Shown here piece after piece: positions 1-12,667 of a stretch of 64,000 bases of DNA (position 1 is its first letter; every line of letters begins with the position of its first letter). The stretch is from Octopus vulgaris. Its lineage: Eukaryota. The notes below the pieces were generated by a model, which was given only the letters and a program-made list of their open reading frames with translations, ran no database searches and was not told where the DNA came from. A program made the translations under genes and the position numbers. The stretch is from NCBI GenBank assembly GCA_951406725.2, contig OX597814.1, forward strand, positions 156,612,001 through 156,676,000, given 5' to 3'.

Positions 1-91
1 CTGGAGCCTGGTAGAGCCTCCTGGTTTGCCAGTCCTCAGTCAAACCCTCCACCCCATCCCAGCATGGAAAGAACATGTTAAATGAAGATGA
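1..91 (+). mobile_element. RTE-family 3' terminal fragment
   Basis: Matches the 3' tail seen in other copies here (ccagtcctcagtcaaa...cagcatggaaag...gttaaatga). Confidence 0.7.
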
Positions 92-111
92 GAGAGAGTA
101 AGAGACAGAAA

Positions 112-1275
112 TCATCATCATCATTGTTTAACGTCTGCTTTCCATGCTGGCATTAGTAGGATGATTTGACTGAGGACTGCCAAACCAGAAGGCTGTACCA
201 GGCTCCAATCTGATCTGGCAAGGTTTCTACAGCTGGATGCCCTTCCTAACACCAACCACTCTGAGAGTCAAGTGGGTGCTTTTTACGTGCCACTGGCATG
301 AGGGCCAGTCAGGCAGTACTGGCATCAACCACACTCAAATGGTGCTTTTTATGAGCCACTCGCATGAGAGCCAGTCGGGCAGCACTGGAAATGACTACGC
401 TCAAATGGTGCTTTTTACATGCCATTGGCACAGTAGCCAGTCAAGCGACACTGGCAATGATCACGCCTGAATGGTGCTTTTTACATGCCACTGGCACAGG
501 ACCAGTAAGGCAGCACTGGCATCGACCATACAATGGTGCTTTTACATGCTACTAGCATGGGTACTAGTCAAGTATTGGGATTGGCTATGACTATGGTTTT
601 CAACAGGTTTTCAAAAAGCACAGTTTATTGCCCAGTGATTGAAGGGTACTCTTAAATGGGCCGGTTATGCTGCACTGGCACAGTCCACGGTTACGGTCTC
701 ACTTGGCTTGCCAGGTCTTCTCCAGCGTAGCATATCTCCTAAGGTCACAGTCACTCGTCATCGTTTCCATGAGACCCAACATTTGGAGGTTGTGCCGCAC
801 CACCTCATCACAGGTCTTCCTGGGTCTACCTCTTTCACAGGTTCTCTCTACTGCTGGGATGTGACACTTTTCCACACAGCTGTCCTCATTCATATGCAAC
901 ACATGACCATACCAGCACAGTCATCTCTCTTGTGCACCACATCAGATGCTTCTTACGTCCAACTTTTCTCTCAGGGCACTTACACTCTGTCATGTATCCA
1001 CACTGTTATTACACATCCAGCAAAGTATACTAGCTTCATTTCTTGCAAGCTTACATATGTCTTCAGCAGTCACAACCCATGTTTCACTGCCGTGTAGCAT
1101 GGCTGTTCGCACACATGCATCATACGGTCTACCTTTTACTCTGAGCAAGAGGCCCTTTGTCACCAGCAGAGCTAGGTGCTCCATGAACTTTGGCGAGACA
1201 ATTTTTATTCTAGCAGTTACACTCTCAGAGCATCCACCCCAGCTACTAAACTTGGTTACCCAGGTAACAGAAACT
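112..1275 (-). mobile_element. 5'-truncated RTE-clade LINE (ORF C-terminus, 3' UTR, (TGA)n tail), decayed
   Basis: Minus ORFs give KGRPYDACVRTAMLHGSETW and GRPRKTCDEVVRHNL, typical RTE C-terminal motifs. The 3' UTR has a 62-66 bp tandem array at 275-560 and (CAT)n at 112-124. Confidence 0.85.
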
Positions 1276-1289
1276 ATCAAGAATATATA

Positions 1290-1955
1290 TATCATCAAGA
1301 GAGATGATTGCACTGGTATGGTCATGTGATGCATATGGATGTGGACAGCTGTGTGAAGAAGTGCCAATCTCTACCAGTGGAAGGAAGCTGTGGAAGAAGG
1401 AGACCCAGGAAAACATGAGGTAAAGTAGTGAAGCATGATCTTCAACTGTTGGGCCTCACAGAGACAATGACTAATGACCAAGACCTTTGACGATATGCTG
1501 TGCTTGAGAAAACCCATCAAACCAAGTAAAATCATAGTTATGGCCATTGTTGGTGTCACATAACTGGCACATAAAAAGTACCGTTTGAGTGTTGGGTTTC
1601 ATGGAGGCAATGTGGCTGATGCCAGTGTTGTATAACTAGTAACCATGCTGGTGGAACATAAAAAACACCTTTTGAGTGCTGGGCCTCACAGAGGCAATGA
1701 CAAGTGACCAAAACCTTTGGCAATATGTTGTTCTTGAGAAAGAAGATCTATCAAGCCAAGTGAAATCACCAGCAACTGGCACCTGTGCCAGTGGCATGTA
1801 AAAGCACCCATTACAATCTTGGAGTGGTTGGCATTAGGAAAGGCATCCAGCCATAGAAGCCATGCCAAATTAAACTGGAGTGTGGTGCAGCCCCTCAGGA
1901 TACCAACCTTTGTCAAACCATCCAACCCAAGCTAGCATGGACAAATGGACGCCAA
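1290..1955 (+). mobile_element. Second 5'-truncated RTE copy, inverted relative to the first
   Basis: HWYGHVMHM...GRRRPRKT; reverse-complement similar to 700-935; ends in the family tail agcatggacaaatggacg. Confidence 0.85.
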
Positions 1956-2763
1956 AATATATCATTATTTACATCCATATATGTTGCCTTTTTAAGATGG
2001 CATGGGTTAGACAGGTCATCACTGACATTGTTATTTCTCATGCAGAATTACTGGCTCCTGAGACAAGTTAAAGGATTACACCTTTCTTGTACATTCTACT
2101 TTTGGTTTGGTTTCTACTATTGGGAACCCTTATTAAAACCAGTGATATAATATAGCATACAATGTGCATTTTATTGTGGCACCAGCACTAGAAAAGTAGT
2201 CATATCCTTGGCAAGTCTAAAGGGTCCTCTCAAAGTTATGTTGTCTCTCCTCACTCAACAGCCACTTTACAAGATGTACTGGGTTAGTTTAATCAAGGCA
2301 TCAGTACCAGTGAGGTTACCTTGTTTCCAATTAGACCAGAAAATCACCAGCATTTCCTTTTAATCTAATCAACATGACCTCAGTGGAGAATATGATGACA
2401 AAGAATAAATTAGAGTGAGAAGATGAAAAAGGATAAAAGATTTATCTGCTTAGAGAGGGGATATCATCAGCCTCATCATCATTGTCTTCACATCCACTTT
2501 TCGTATGGATCAAATGAAATTTGTTGAAGCAAATTTTCTATGGCTGAATACTCTTCCTGTTGCCAATCCTCTTCTGTTTCCAAGTAACATAATATTTACC
2601 TATGACCAACCAGGTTTTCATAGCAAATAAATAGGAAACAAAGGATTCCACTTGCATGACAGTGGCACTCATTTATAACTATCACATGAAGTCAAGGCAA
2701 GGCAACAGTAACACACACACACACACCACATATATATGGTGCACACATTGTATGTTCACAATT

Positions 2764-2998
2764 AGGCGGTGAGCTGGCAGAAACGTTAGCACGCTGGGTG
2801 AAATGCGTAGCCGTATTTTGTCTGCTGTTACGTTCTGAGTTCAAATTCCGCTGACGTCGACTTTGCCTTTGCCTTTCATCCTTTCGGGGTCGATAAATTA
2901 AGTACCAGTTACGCACTGGGGTCAATGTAATCGACTTAATTCGTTTGTCTGTCCTTGTTTGTCCCCTCTATGTTTAGCCCCTCGTGGGTAATAAAGAA
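2764..2998 (+). mobile_element. tRNA-derived SINE, family A (Meta-domain-like core)
   Basis: ggcggtgagctggcagaa head, gagttcaaattcc B box and gcctttcatcctttcggggtcgataaa core. Exact 21-bp TSD acacattgtatgttcacaatt (2743-2763, 2999-3019). Confidence 0.9.
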
Positions 2999-3134
2999 AC
3001 ACATTGTATGTTCACAATTGCGAGATCTTGAGTTCAATCTCAGTGTATGGCATCTAGAACAAATTTTCTGTCACAGCTTCAACTGGACTCAAGCATTGAG
3101 AGTGGAACAGTGTTGATGGCTTGGGATTCTGTCA

Positions 3135-3440
3135 GTTACAATGTCAGTGTTCCAGTTGATCCAATCAACGGAACAGCCTGCTCATGAAATTAGCGTGCAA
3201 GTGACTGAGCACTCCACAGAAACGTGTACCCTTAATGTAGTTCTCAGGGAGATTCAGCATGACAAAGAGTGTGACAAGGCTGACCCTTTGAAATACAAGT
3301 ATAACTCATTTTTGCCAGCTGAGTGGAGTGAGACAATGTGAAATAAAGTGTCTTCCTCAAGAACACAACATGCTACTGGGAATTGAACTCACAACTTTGC
3401 AATCATAAGCCAAATATCCTAACCACAAAATCAAATGCCA
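3135..3440 (-). mobile_element. tRNA-derived SINE, family C variant (old)
   Basis: actcatttttgccagctgagtgga core; reverse-complement similar to 33175-33480. Confidence 0.7.
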
Positions 3441-3747
3441 TTACCACATTGCTGATGGGAACCAGATAGAACCCCATTGAATGTACCTGTAATTCAAAGG
3501 TCCAACCTGGTTACACAGTGTCAAGTTAATTTTAGTTAAGGATTAGATTAAGGGTAAATATTGCAGTGGAATACTCAGAGTGTCTGCTCACAAACTTATT
3601 AAGTAGGTAATTGAGTTGACTGAACCAGATGTGTTTACATGAGTCTTGACTGGAGAACTGATCATAGATTGAAATGTACACATACATAAACAGGCCTGTA
3701 CACTCAGAACAAATGTTTGTGTATAAAAATGCATTTAATACCTTATA

Positions 3748-3901
3748 GGCATAGGAGTTGCTGTGTGGTAAGTAGCTAGCTTACCATCCACATGGCTCTG
3801 GGTTCAGTCTCACTGCATGGCACCTTGGGCAAGTGTTTTCTACTATAGCCTTGTGAGTGGATTTGGTAGACAGAAACTAAAAGAAGACCGTCGTATATAT
3901 G

Positions 3902-3932
<31 letters not shown>

Positions 3933-4130
3933 TTGTCCCCCCAAACATCACTTGACAACCGATGGTGGTGTGTGTATGTCACCGTAACTTAGCAGTTTGG
4001 CAAAAGAGACTGATAGAATAAGTACTTGGGTTACAAAGAATAAGTCCGGTGGTCAATTTGCTCCACTAAAGGCAGTGCTCCAGCATGGCCACAGTTAAAT
4101 GACTGAAACAAGTATAAGAGTATAAGAGAG
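3748..4130 (+). mobile_element. tRNA-derived SINE, family B, with internal (TA)/(TG) microsatellite
   Basis: Highly similar to 16032-16407 and 50157-50605. Confidence 0.85.
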
Positions 4131-4737
4131 TATTCCAGGTCAGATATTTTGATATGGTTACTGTTTTGCTATTGGAAAAATAGACTCAGATATATAAATA
4201 CTCTTCTCAAGGTCACAGCCATTGTAGTTGTTACTATACACAATTCAAGTGATTCTTCTGAGTGAAGAGGAATGACATTTTTTTTAGCAGGTCTTAAGGG
4301 TTATCTTCAAATTTGAGACCTAGTTAAAAATTTGAGTGAACTCCACTAATAGAACTGAAAAAGTGGATATATCTGATCAGTTTACATCAACTCAATTTCA
4401 CTCGCATGTATGTATGGCAGTATCTTACAGAACAACTAGCACAGATGATTTGTTTATAATGATCAAAAGTATGTGTTGCATATTAGCTCGCTCGCTCTCT
4501 CCATCAAATCGACATTGCTTGAACAAATGTATGGTGTACCACACATCAGGTGTTGAAGTGATTGCAGAGTAATGTGAGAGATGAAGTGTTTTACTCACGA
4601 ACACAACACACCACCTGGTATAGGAGTCAAGCCCATGATCTCACAACTGTGAGTGCAACTCTCTAACCACTGGGCCATGCACATTCACTTTCACTCACAT
4701 GGTTTGAGTCATTTGAAGGTTACTGTATAAGACATTT

Positions 4738-4974
4738 ATAAGAAGGCAGCAAGCTGGCAGAAACGTTAGCACGCCGGGTGAAATGCTTAGCGGTATTTCG
4801 TCTGCCGTTATGTTCTGAGTTCAAATTCCGCCGAGGTCGACTTTGCCTTTCATCCTTTCTGGGTCGATAAATTAAGTACCAGTTATGCACTGGGGTCAAT
4901 ATAATCGACTTAATCCATCTGTCTGTCCTTGTTTGTCTCCTCTGTGTTTAGCCCCTTGTGGATAGTAAAGAAAT
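4738..4974 (+). mobile_element. SINE family A
   Basis: Full head, core and tail; 21-bp TSD aggttactgtataagacattt (4717-4737, 4975-4995). Confidence 0.9.
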
Positions 4975-6039
4975 AGGTTACTGTATAAGACATTTGCTGA
5001 AGATGCTGAGAAGTGGAATAAAACCCAGAATAATTATGAAGAAAGTTTCTTAATAACACTGTGATGCCTATGGATATCCACAAATTATTAGGTTAATGAT
5101 GGACCTTTTTGACACGAAACAGATTGGAAATAAAAAATAGAAAAGGCCAACATTAGTGTCTCATGAGATAAAGTAGAGTTTTGGAGAGAGTTTTAGATAT
5201 TTTGGACAGAGCCATTCACTGGATGAGAAAATCAATTTTCTTCCAAGAAAAGACTTATTCAAAATATTTTTCATTATATCAAGACTCATCCATTATATCA
5301 ACACACACACAACGCTTTTGTTTTGGGGATGGTTTTGGTTATTCTTTTCTTTTTCTAATGTTATAATGCTTGCAGAGTCAGCCTAGCTAAAAATAGCAAC
5401 TGTAGCCATTTTCTTAATTTTACATAATTCTTAGGTAAAAAATCTAAATTTGTAAACACACTGTCTTCATTATGTTGGAATGTAAAGAATTTAGTAGAAA
5501 AATGTTCTAAATTCATTAGATTACTGTACATTAGATTATAAAGACAAGAATTATTTCTGCATTGAATAATGGTTTGGTAAAAAGAACAATAAGACATTTC
5601 TTTAAAAAGATTTTTTTTTTCTTTTGAACAGCTATATTTTTCCCGTGAAGATATAGAACAAAATCATTTTTAAAAATATTCCAAATATTCTTATTATAAA
5701 ATTAATTTATATCAGAAGAAAGTAATAATTTTGAAAAGTTGACAGATTATATATATGAAAAATTTCCAACATTTAATGATGTTATACAACTTGTATGAGG
5801 TATTTTTAAAACAGCTATATTATTTTTACACTGGATGTTAGATAACAGCATTAATACAAAAATCTTGACAAATTCTATAATCGATGAGGCACAAAGAAAA
5901 GTTTTTAAACTTCATCTGTTTGTGACACATGTATTAAGAAAGGAAAATAATAACATAACACACTAGCACACTTTTCACCATTTTCATTATTATTATTATT
6001 ATTATTATTATTACATATTTAACATTCATTTTACAATCA

Positions 6040-6310
6040 TCATTATCATCATCATCATTTAACATCTGTCCTCCAAGCTGGCATCTGTTGGATATTTTGA
6101 CAGAAGCTGGCAAGCCAGAGGACTGTATCATGCTTCACTGCTTGTTTTGGAAAGGTTTTTACAGCTGGATGCCCTTCCTGATGCTAACCACTCTATAGAG
6201 TGGGCTGAGAGCTTTTCACATGACACCAGCACCAATGAAGTATGTTTTGGCAAGGTTTTTATAGCTGGATGCCTTTCTTAATGTCAAGCATTTACAGAGT
6301 GAGCTGAGTG
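6040..6310 (-). mobile_element. RTE 3' tail fragment
   Basis: (CAT)n-tttaacatctg...acagctggatgcccttcc, shared with the other RTE tails. Confidence 0.7.
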
Positions 6311-6895
6311 TCACATCATATTAAAAGTTTATACAAAAGAAAATTTCTGCCTCAGATCCAACAAGCTCTCATTTTTTTTTTTAATGTCCACTCACACTGA
6401 GTTGTTAGAATGTTAATCTCCAGGATGAAAGACCAACAATTTCCCATCATCAGCTACTCTTGTACAGTGAAAGGAATGGGAGAACAACTCATTGCTGTAA
6501 GCCACAATGTGCAATATAATTGACAATGATAGCTGAACAGGATAGGCACAAATCCTTGTTGTATAAGCGACAAAAGAAGCCGATGAGAAAGCCTCTATAA
6601 AGTAGGTTAAGTTGCAAGTAACAGCAATCAAATCTTCAAATCATACAAATCTTAAAAAAGCAAAGAAAATATAGAATAATGTAGTTCTGATATAAGGCAT
6701 AATGAGGTCTTAGCTACACATAATAGGTATGCTACCTAAAGTCTGTAAGTCACACAAACTATAATAAGGCTCTTTGTTTCATCAGGTACATCTATGGTGG
6801 TGTCCAGAAAAGTATCCTAATACAACAATGAAACCATATCTGGACACTTCTACATTTTCAAGAAAAATAATTGGGAGAAGTTTTATGCATTAGAT

Positions 6896-7619
6896 CAGGG
6901 GTCACCAAACTTTTTTTCACAGCGGGCCAGATAACTGAGATAATGATGAACGTGGGCTGCATAACCATTTTGTTTAATGCAATACAGTGGCTACCATAAA
7001 AAATAAAGACAACCAACATATTGATTTACCAAAAAGTTATCAAAGAAGGCAATGTTAGCAATAAGATAGTTGTATCACACCCAGTGCGTACATATCCAAA
7101 TCTCACAAACTAAGCAGCAAAAAAAGGTTAGAGAGATTTGTGAAACTGATGTTTAGCTTTTAAGATATCACCAATATTTGCTTTGGAATTGCTGCATCCA
7201 ACCAAGAGAATTGCTTTCAAATGTTCATCAGTCAACCTCGTTCGATGTGCTGACTTCACAAACTTCATTTTTGAAAATGTTTACTCACAGACATAAGTTG
7301 TTTCAAACACTGATGCCATACTGGAGGCAAATTTCTTCAACATGCTTCTCTTTCAACAAGTCATTTGCTTGCAAATCAATGAGATGCTTACAGCTTGTGA
7401 GTTCCTTCAACACTCAACTATGCAAAATATATGACACAATTCACTGAACTCAATCCCTTTTATACATGGCACTCTTCAGACCAGTTTAAACACAGCAATG
7501 CAAGTTAAAACACAATTGCGGCAGGAATGAACTCTTTTTGCAGGTACTTACACAAAAGGTATAATGCAGTGGCAGACTAGATGAACTAACTTTGCAGGCC
7601 ATAGTTTGGTGACCCCCTG
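6896..7619 (-). mobile_element. Internally deleted hAT (Charlie/SPIN-like) DNA transposon
   Basis: TIRs caggggtcaccaaact / agtttggtgaccccctg and exact 8-bp TSD cattagat (6888-6895, 7620-7627). The minus strand encodes a hATC-like remnant SVFETTYVCE*TFSKMKFVKSAHRTRLTDEHLKAILL. Confidence 0.9.
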
Positions 7620-8074
7620 CATTAGATGATAGTTCACATAAGACATGGGAGTCTAAGTGAGGTCATCACTCATCTATATCGATGAGTTGCTTATTTGAAA
7701 CAGGTGGAGATGGTTTGAGCATATTTTACAAATCCTGCCAGACAGAGCATTATGAGAGAAAGTATATTGAAGACCAGAAGGAACAAGCAAGTGAAGAATA
7801 TCAAGATTTTCATAACAGAGAACAAAATAGAAAGAGACTAAAATGACATGAAAGTGGCCAAAGACAAGATTCAGGATAGAAACAGTTGGCATAGATATAT
7901 AGAAGCATTATGTTGCATTATGTTGTTGGTGGTAGAAATAGTAGTATGCATGCTATTCCTGAAAACATGATAGAATAGTCACAACTGAAAGGACTCTGAT
8001 CATGTGTCTTCACAATCTGGGCAGACCTAGACTAAACAAAAACTAGAGAAGACACCGTATTATTATTAGTATTA

Positions 8075-8419
8075 TTATTGAATGAGAGAGCAGTGCATGC
8101 CATCAAAGTGACACTGGGGTAAAATATACGAAGCCCAGTATATCCATCATGACTACACATCTGATAAGGGTACACAAGACACATGCATCACAACCATATA
8201 TGCATGACATGGTGATCTCATATCAAGGTAAACCGCACATGACCTTGCAGGTGAGGCCCAGTTAGAATTTTCTTCTGGTCGATTAGCCCATCCCGCTCAA
8301 AAGCTCCCTGAATAAGGGTTGTTTAAAGATGCTGAACGAAACACCCATGTTTCCAAAGGTGAATTATCCAAACCTCCAAGAATTCCTTTCAACACACGGT
8401 TATGATGCTACCCCACTTA

Positions 8420-8420
<1 letters not shown>
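8075..8420. repeat. Unclassified interspersed repeat (family E), partial
   Basis: Reverse-complement similar to 20455-20805; flanked by (ATT)n. Confidence 0.75.
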
Positions 8421-8453
<33 letters not shown>

Positions 8454-8457
8454 TTTT

Positions 8458-8900
8458 AAGGTGGCAAGCTGGTAGAATCACTTGCACACTGGGCAAAATG
8501 CTTAGTGGCATTTCGTCTGTCTATACATTCTGAGTGCAAATTCTGCCAAGGTTGACTTTGCTCTTCATCCTTTCAGGGTCAATAAAATAAGTACCAGTTA
8601 AACACTGGGATTGATGTAATTGACTAGTTTCCTCCCACCAAATTTCAGGCCTTGTGTCTAGAGTAGAAAGGATTATCATTATTATTAAGGTGGCAAGCTA
8701 GCAGAATTGTTAGCATGCTGGGCAAATGCTTAGCAGAATTTCACTCATCTTTACATTCTGAGTTCAAATTCCGCTGAGGTCAACTTTGTCTTCCATCCTT
8801 TCGGGGTCAATAAAATAAGTACCAGTTGAACACTTGGGTCAATGAGATCAACTTATACCCTTCCCTGAACTTGCTGACTTCATGCCAAAATTTGAAATTA
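8458..8900 (+). mobile_element. Two tandem family A-related SINEs
   Basis: Two consecutive aggtggcaagct...catcctttc.gggtcaataaaataagtacc units separated by ATT repeats. Confidence 0.8.
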
Positions 8901-9687
8901 TTATCATCATTATTTTAAAATTCTTATTTATTTACATATCAGTTTCTGTAATTCCTCAAGTATTGTTCACTGAACATCAAGCCCATTATTCGTGTCAGCA
9001 GATAATTAGCACATGTCTTAAAAGTTCCAGCTGAAAAGACATGCTTTCTTTAATATCAAAATATTTGAATCCTATTAAAACAAGAATTTTAGGTCCTACT
9101 TTATGTCCTAGTATTTATCTATTTTTCCATTTTCTTTTTCTCTCACTCAAATGTTGAATGAGGTCACATCTCTTACCATACAATTTGTAAAATTTTTCTT
9201 TAGTACAAACAATATCTAGTCTTAAATGCTCCTGTTCCATGTCTGTCTGAATTTTCATGTCTCCTAATAATCAACTTTTGCTGATCTATATTCATATTTC
9301 CTGGGTGCTCTCTGGCAATTGTGTAAAACACAATAATGCTTTACATAATTGTAAAGTGCATAACTGATATAGTTCTGTCATGTCTTCAGCCTTTGTATTC
9401 TCTTTCTGCTAGGTGCTTACACTCTGAAACTAAGTAGACTATAGTCTCTTCTCTTTCACCACATAATTGACATTATGGTAATACATCCACCTCCAACTGA
9501 CTTGAAGAAAAATTCCATGCAGTCCATTGTCATTCATTTTACTTCCTGTTTTCAATATCTTCTTTCTTTTTCCCAGCATTTTTTTAATAACCCTTTCTTT
9601 ATTTTTCTCTTTACTTCCTGACACATACCTATACAACATTCCTCCAATAAAACATAATCTTCTAAACAAATCTCTTCCACCACTGCT

Positions 9688-10200
9688 TCATCATCATCAT
9701 CATTTAACATCTGTTGTCCATGCTGGCATGGTTTGACTGAGCTGGCATGCTGGAAGGCTGTACCAGGCTCCAGTCTGATTTGGCATAGTTGTCTATGGCT
9801 GGATGCCCTTATGCCAACCACTCCAAGAGTGTAATGGGTGCTTTTATGTGCCACCGACACAGGTGCCATTTGCGTGACACCATTATCTGCTACAACTATG
9901 ATTTTGCTCAGCTTGATGGGTCTTTGTCTCAAGCACAACATAATGCCAAAGGTTTTGGTCATTGCCTCTGTGTGGCCCAACACTCGAAAGGAACTCAGCC
10001 ACTTTACCTCCATGAGGCCTAACACTTGAAAAGAAATCAGCCACCTTGCCTCCATGAGGCCCAACACTCAGAAGGAACTCAGCCACTTTGCTTCCATGAG
10101 GGCCAACACTCAAAAGGAACTCAGCTACTTTGCCTCCTTGGGGCCCAATGCTTGCAAGGAACTCAGTCACTTTGCCATCGTGAGGCCCAACATTCAAAGG
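9688..10200 (-). mobile_element. RTE 3' fragment carrying a 42-bp tandem array (~5.5 units, 9970-10200)
   Basis: Family tail plus repeats of tgaggcccaacactc..aaggaactcagccactttgc.tcca. Confidence 0.8.
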
Positions 10201-10885
10201 TTAGTCTATCAATGTTACTTTATCTTTTTAGTGAAACATATTTTATACTGTCAGCAACTTTCTAATTTTTCTATCAAAATCCTGTAGTTCTTGAGTGTTT
10301 CAATTGATCATGCCTATGCTGCACTGGATGACTGAGATAGCACATGAATTGATAGCTGTGAAAATATAGCTACTGTTTAAGAGAGATTTAAATATTTACT
10401 AGGCCTTTCTTTTTATAATTCATTTTACACATTTTGTCTTTTATGATATCAGTTTCCCAAAACTCCTAAATACCTGTACCTAGTTTCTTTATAAATTGTA
10501 TTTTATATTCCCAACTGTACAAAGCCCAAGTCCTCCTATTTCAGACTATTTGCCCCCCTCTTCATAGTAAGGCTGCCACACTTGTGTCAAATTCCATTCA
10601 TATTTCCTCACTGAATATTCATATACAGTTTGCAAAAATATCAAATTGGTTTTTATATTCTTGCTAATTAATTTGAAGGTATACATAAATAATAAGCGGT
10701 CAATACATAAATAATACATAAATAATAAGCGGTTCATCTTTTTTTAATTAATATCTTGCTTTAACTTTCTGAAGATACAGGCCATAGGGATAAAGCTGAT
10801 GACAAATAGTAAAGGTGATAGACTAATTCCTTCAAGTACATTATTTACATTCGACGGATATTTATCCACATCTTGTTTGTTGTTA

Positions 10886-10930
10886 AAACAATGTTTCAGC
10901 TGATATACCCTCTAGCCTTCATCAGGTGTC
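10886..10930 (-). ncRNA. Minimal type I hammerhead ribozyme-like motif (left arm)
   Basis: The minus strand reads gacac CTGATGA a ggct-agagggtatatc-agct GAAA catt gt. Confidence 0.6.
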
Positions 10931-11271
10931 TTGGGGAAATTTCAAATCTGGGTTCCCATTCTTAAGGTATTTTTCAATGTTGTTGTTATTATCACTATTA
11001 TTATCATCATCATCATCATCATCATTATTATCCAGGTCATTGCCTGGAATCGAACTCAGAATCTTGGGGTTAGTAGCCTGCGCTCTTGACCACTACGCCA
11101 TATGCCCGTGGGTATAAGGCGTAGTGGTTAAGAGCGTGGGCTACTAACCCCAAGATTCCAAGTTTGATTCCAGGCAGTGACCTGAATAATAATAATATTA
11201 ATAATAATAATAATCACAACAACATCAAAAAATACCTTAGGAATGAGAACCCAGGTTCAAAATTTCCCCAA

Positions 11272-11317
11272 GACACCTGATGAAGGCTAGAGGGTTTATC
11301 AGCCAAAATGTTGTGTT
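11272..11317 (+). ncRNA. Minimal hammerhead-like motif (right arm; GAAA mutated to AAAA)
   Basis: gacac CTGATGA a ggct-agagggtttatc-agcc AAAA tgtt gtgtt; stem I gacac/gtgtt. Confidence 0.5.
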
Positions 11318-12018
11318 AACAACAAACAAGATGAGGACAAATATCTGTCAAATGTAAATAATGTACATAATTCCTCATCTCTTAAATATAGAACTGCATT
11401 ACCTCCTTCAAGTATTCCTTTCTTTATCTCTAATTCCTTCAACAAATAGTATTTTAGTTTTTTTAGCAATGGAGTTTCCTACTCATTTAATTTTAGTTTA
11501 AAAGGCTGTCTACTCCACGGACACTTTTACTATTACTGTAATAGTAAAATATTACACAGTATTTAACAAAGCCTCTTTGAATTATAAGTAGAATCCAGCT
11601 ACAGATTTCCATACAGTTTCTGCCAACACAATTTCACACATGAGGCTTAAGTTAACCCAAAGTTTATGGTAGCAAACACTTGCTCAGTGTAGCGTGCAGT
11701 GAGATCAAAGTCAGGTTCTCGTGATTGCAAAGCAAAATTTGTTAGTTATGTTCACACCTACTGGCATTAAGATGACATTAAGTGGCACTAAGGAAAAGTG
11801 TCTTCTACTATAGCCCCTGGTAAAACCAGAACTTTGTGGTGGATTTTGTAGACAGAAACTGAAAGAGACCCATTGCATGCACATGTGTGTACGTGTGTGT
11901 TCCTCTCTTGGCATCATTTGATAGTTACAAAAGGGAGTCATCATCATCATCATGCAAGTATTGTCCTTCATTTCCAAACTTTCAGGAAAGAACATGTCTG
12001 GTCATAAGGAAATATTAA

Positions 12019-12276
12019 AATAATAAATAAATGTGCCCTTTTAAAGCCCAGCTAGGCTCATGGGTTTCCCAGTTTCAATGGCATATGTGTTCCCCAGCTG
12101 GACAGGATGCTAGTCCATTGAAGCATTACTCATTTTTGCCAGCTGAGTGAACTGGAGCAATGTGAAATGAAGTGTTTTGCTCAAGAACACAACGCATCAC
12201 CCGGTTCAAGGAATTGAAACCACAATCTTACGATCATGATGCTGATGCCCTAACCACTAAGCCATGCACCTCCACA
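12019..12276 (-). mobile_element. SINE family C nested in an older family B-type SINE
   Basis: Close match to 37315-37582; 12-bp TSD aaggaaatatta (12007-12018, 12277-12288). Confidence 0.85.
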
Positions 12277-12667
12277 AGGAAATATTACTTTACTTGAAAA
12301 CAGATGAGAGTTCACGACAAGAAGGGCATTAGGAAATCTGCTTCAACAAATTTTGTCCAAAGCATTGGAACATGGAAAGATGGATGTTAAAACAATAATG
12401 ATGAAGTACCAATGAAGAACAAGGGTTAATATAATCAGTTATTGCTTTCCCCAAATTTCAGGAGCAGAATCTTTAGCATGCTGGAGAAAATGCTCAGCAG
12501 TACTTCACTCATCTTCATATTCTAAGTTCAAATTCTGTCACGGTCAGCTTTATCTTTTGTCCTTTTGGGGATTGATGAAATAAGTATCAGTCAAGTACTG
12601 AGGTTGATATGTAATCAATTATCCCTCTCCCCAAAATTTTCATGCCTTGTGTCTATACTAGAAAGAA

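Larger units (their letters stand above)
10836..11396. mobile_element. Fold-back element: two divergent tRNA-like heads, two Penelope-type hammerhead motifs and a ~30-bp tail
   Basis: Arms 10836-11107 and 11110-11366 are inverted repeats. Tail at 11367-11396; 11-bp TSD tccttcaagta (10828-10838, 11404-11414). Confidence 0.85.
8960..11520 (-). mobile_element. Ancient R4/Dong-clade LINE remnant, interrupted by younger insertions
   Basis: Minus-strand motifs occur in the expected order: IKKGILEGISLSPLLFVISFIP (split by the 10836-11396 insertion), NRLLFMY (decayed FMDD), YRYLGV, INSCAISVI, GLHGIF, ETIVYLVSECKHLAEREYK.RHD (Zn knuckle) and LRLDIV. Boundaries are approximate. Confidence 0.75.

Noticed and set aside
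639-1097. 152-aa plus-strand ORF
   Set aside because: It is the antisense reading of the RTE LINE remnant.
11030-11185. Genuine tRNA genes
   Set aside because: Acceptor and T stems pair poorly and the heads are embedded in a TSD-flanked repeat. The same applies to the other SINE heads.
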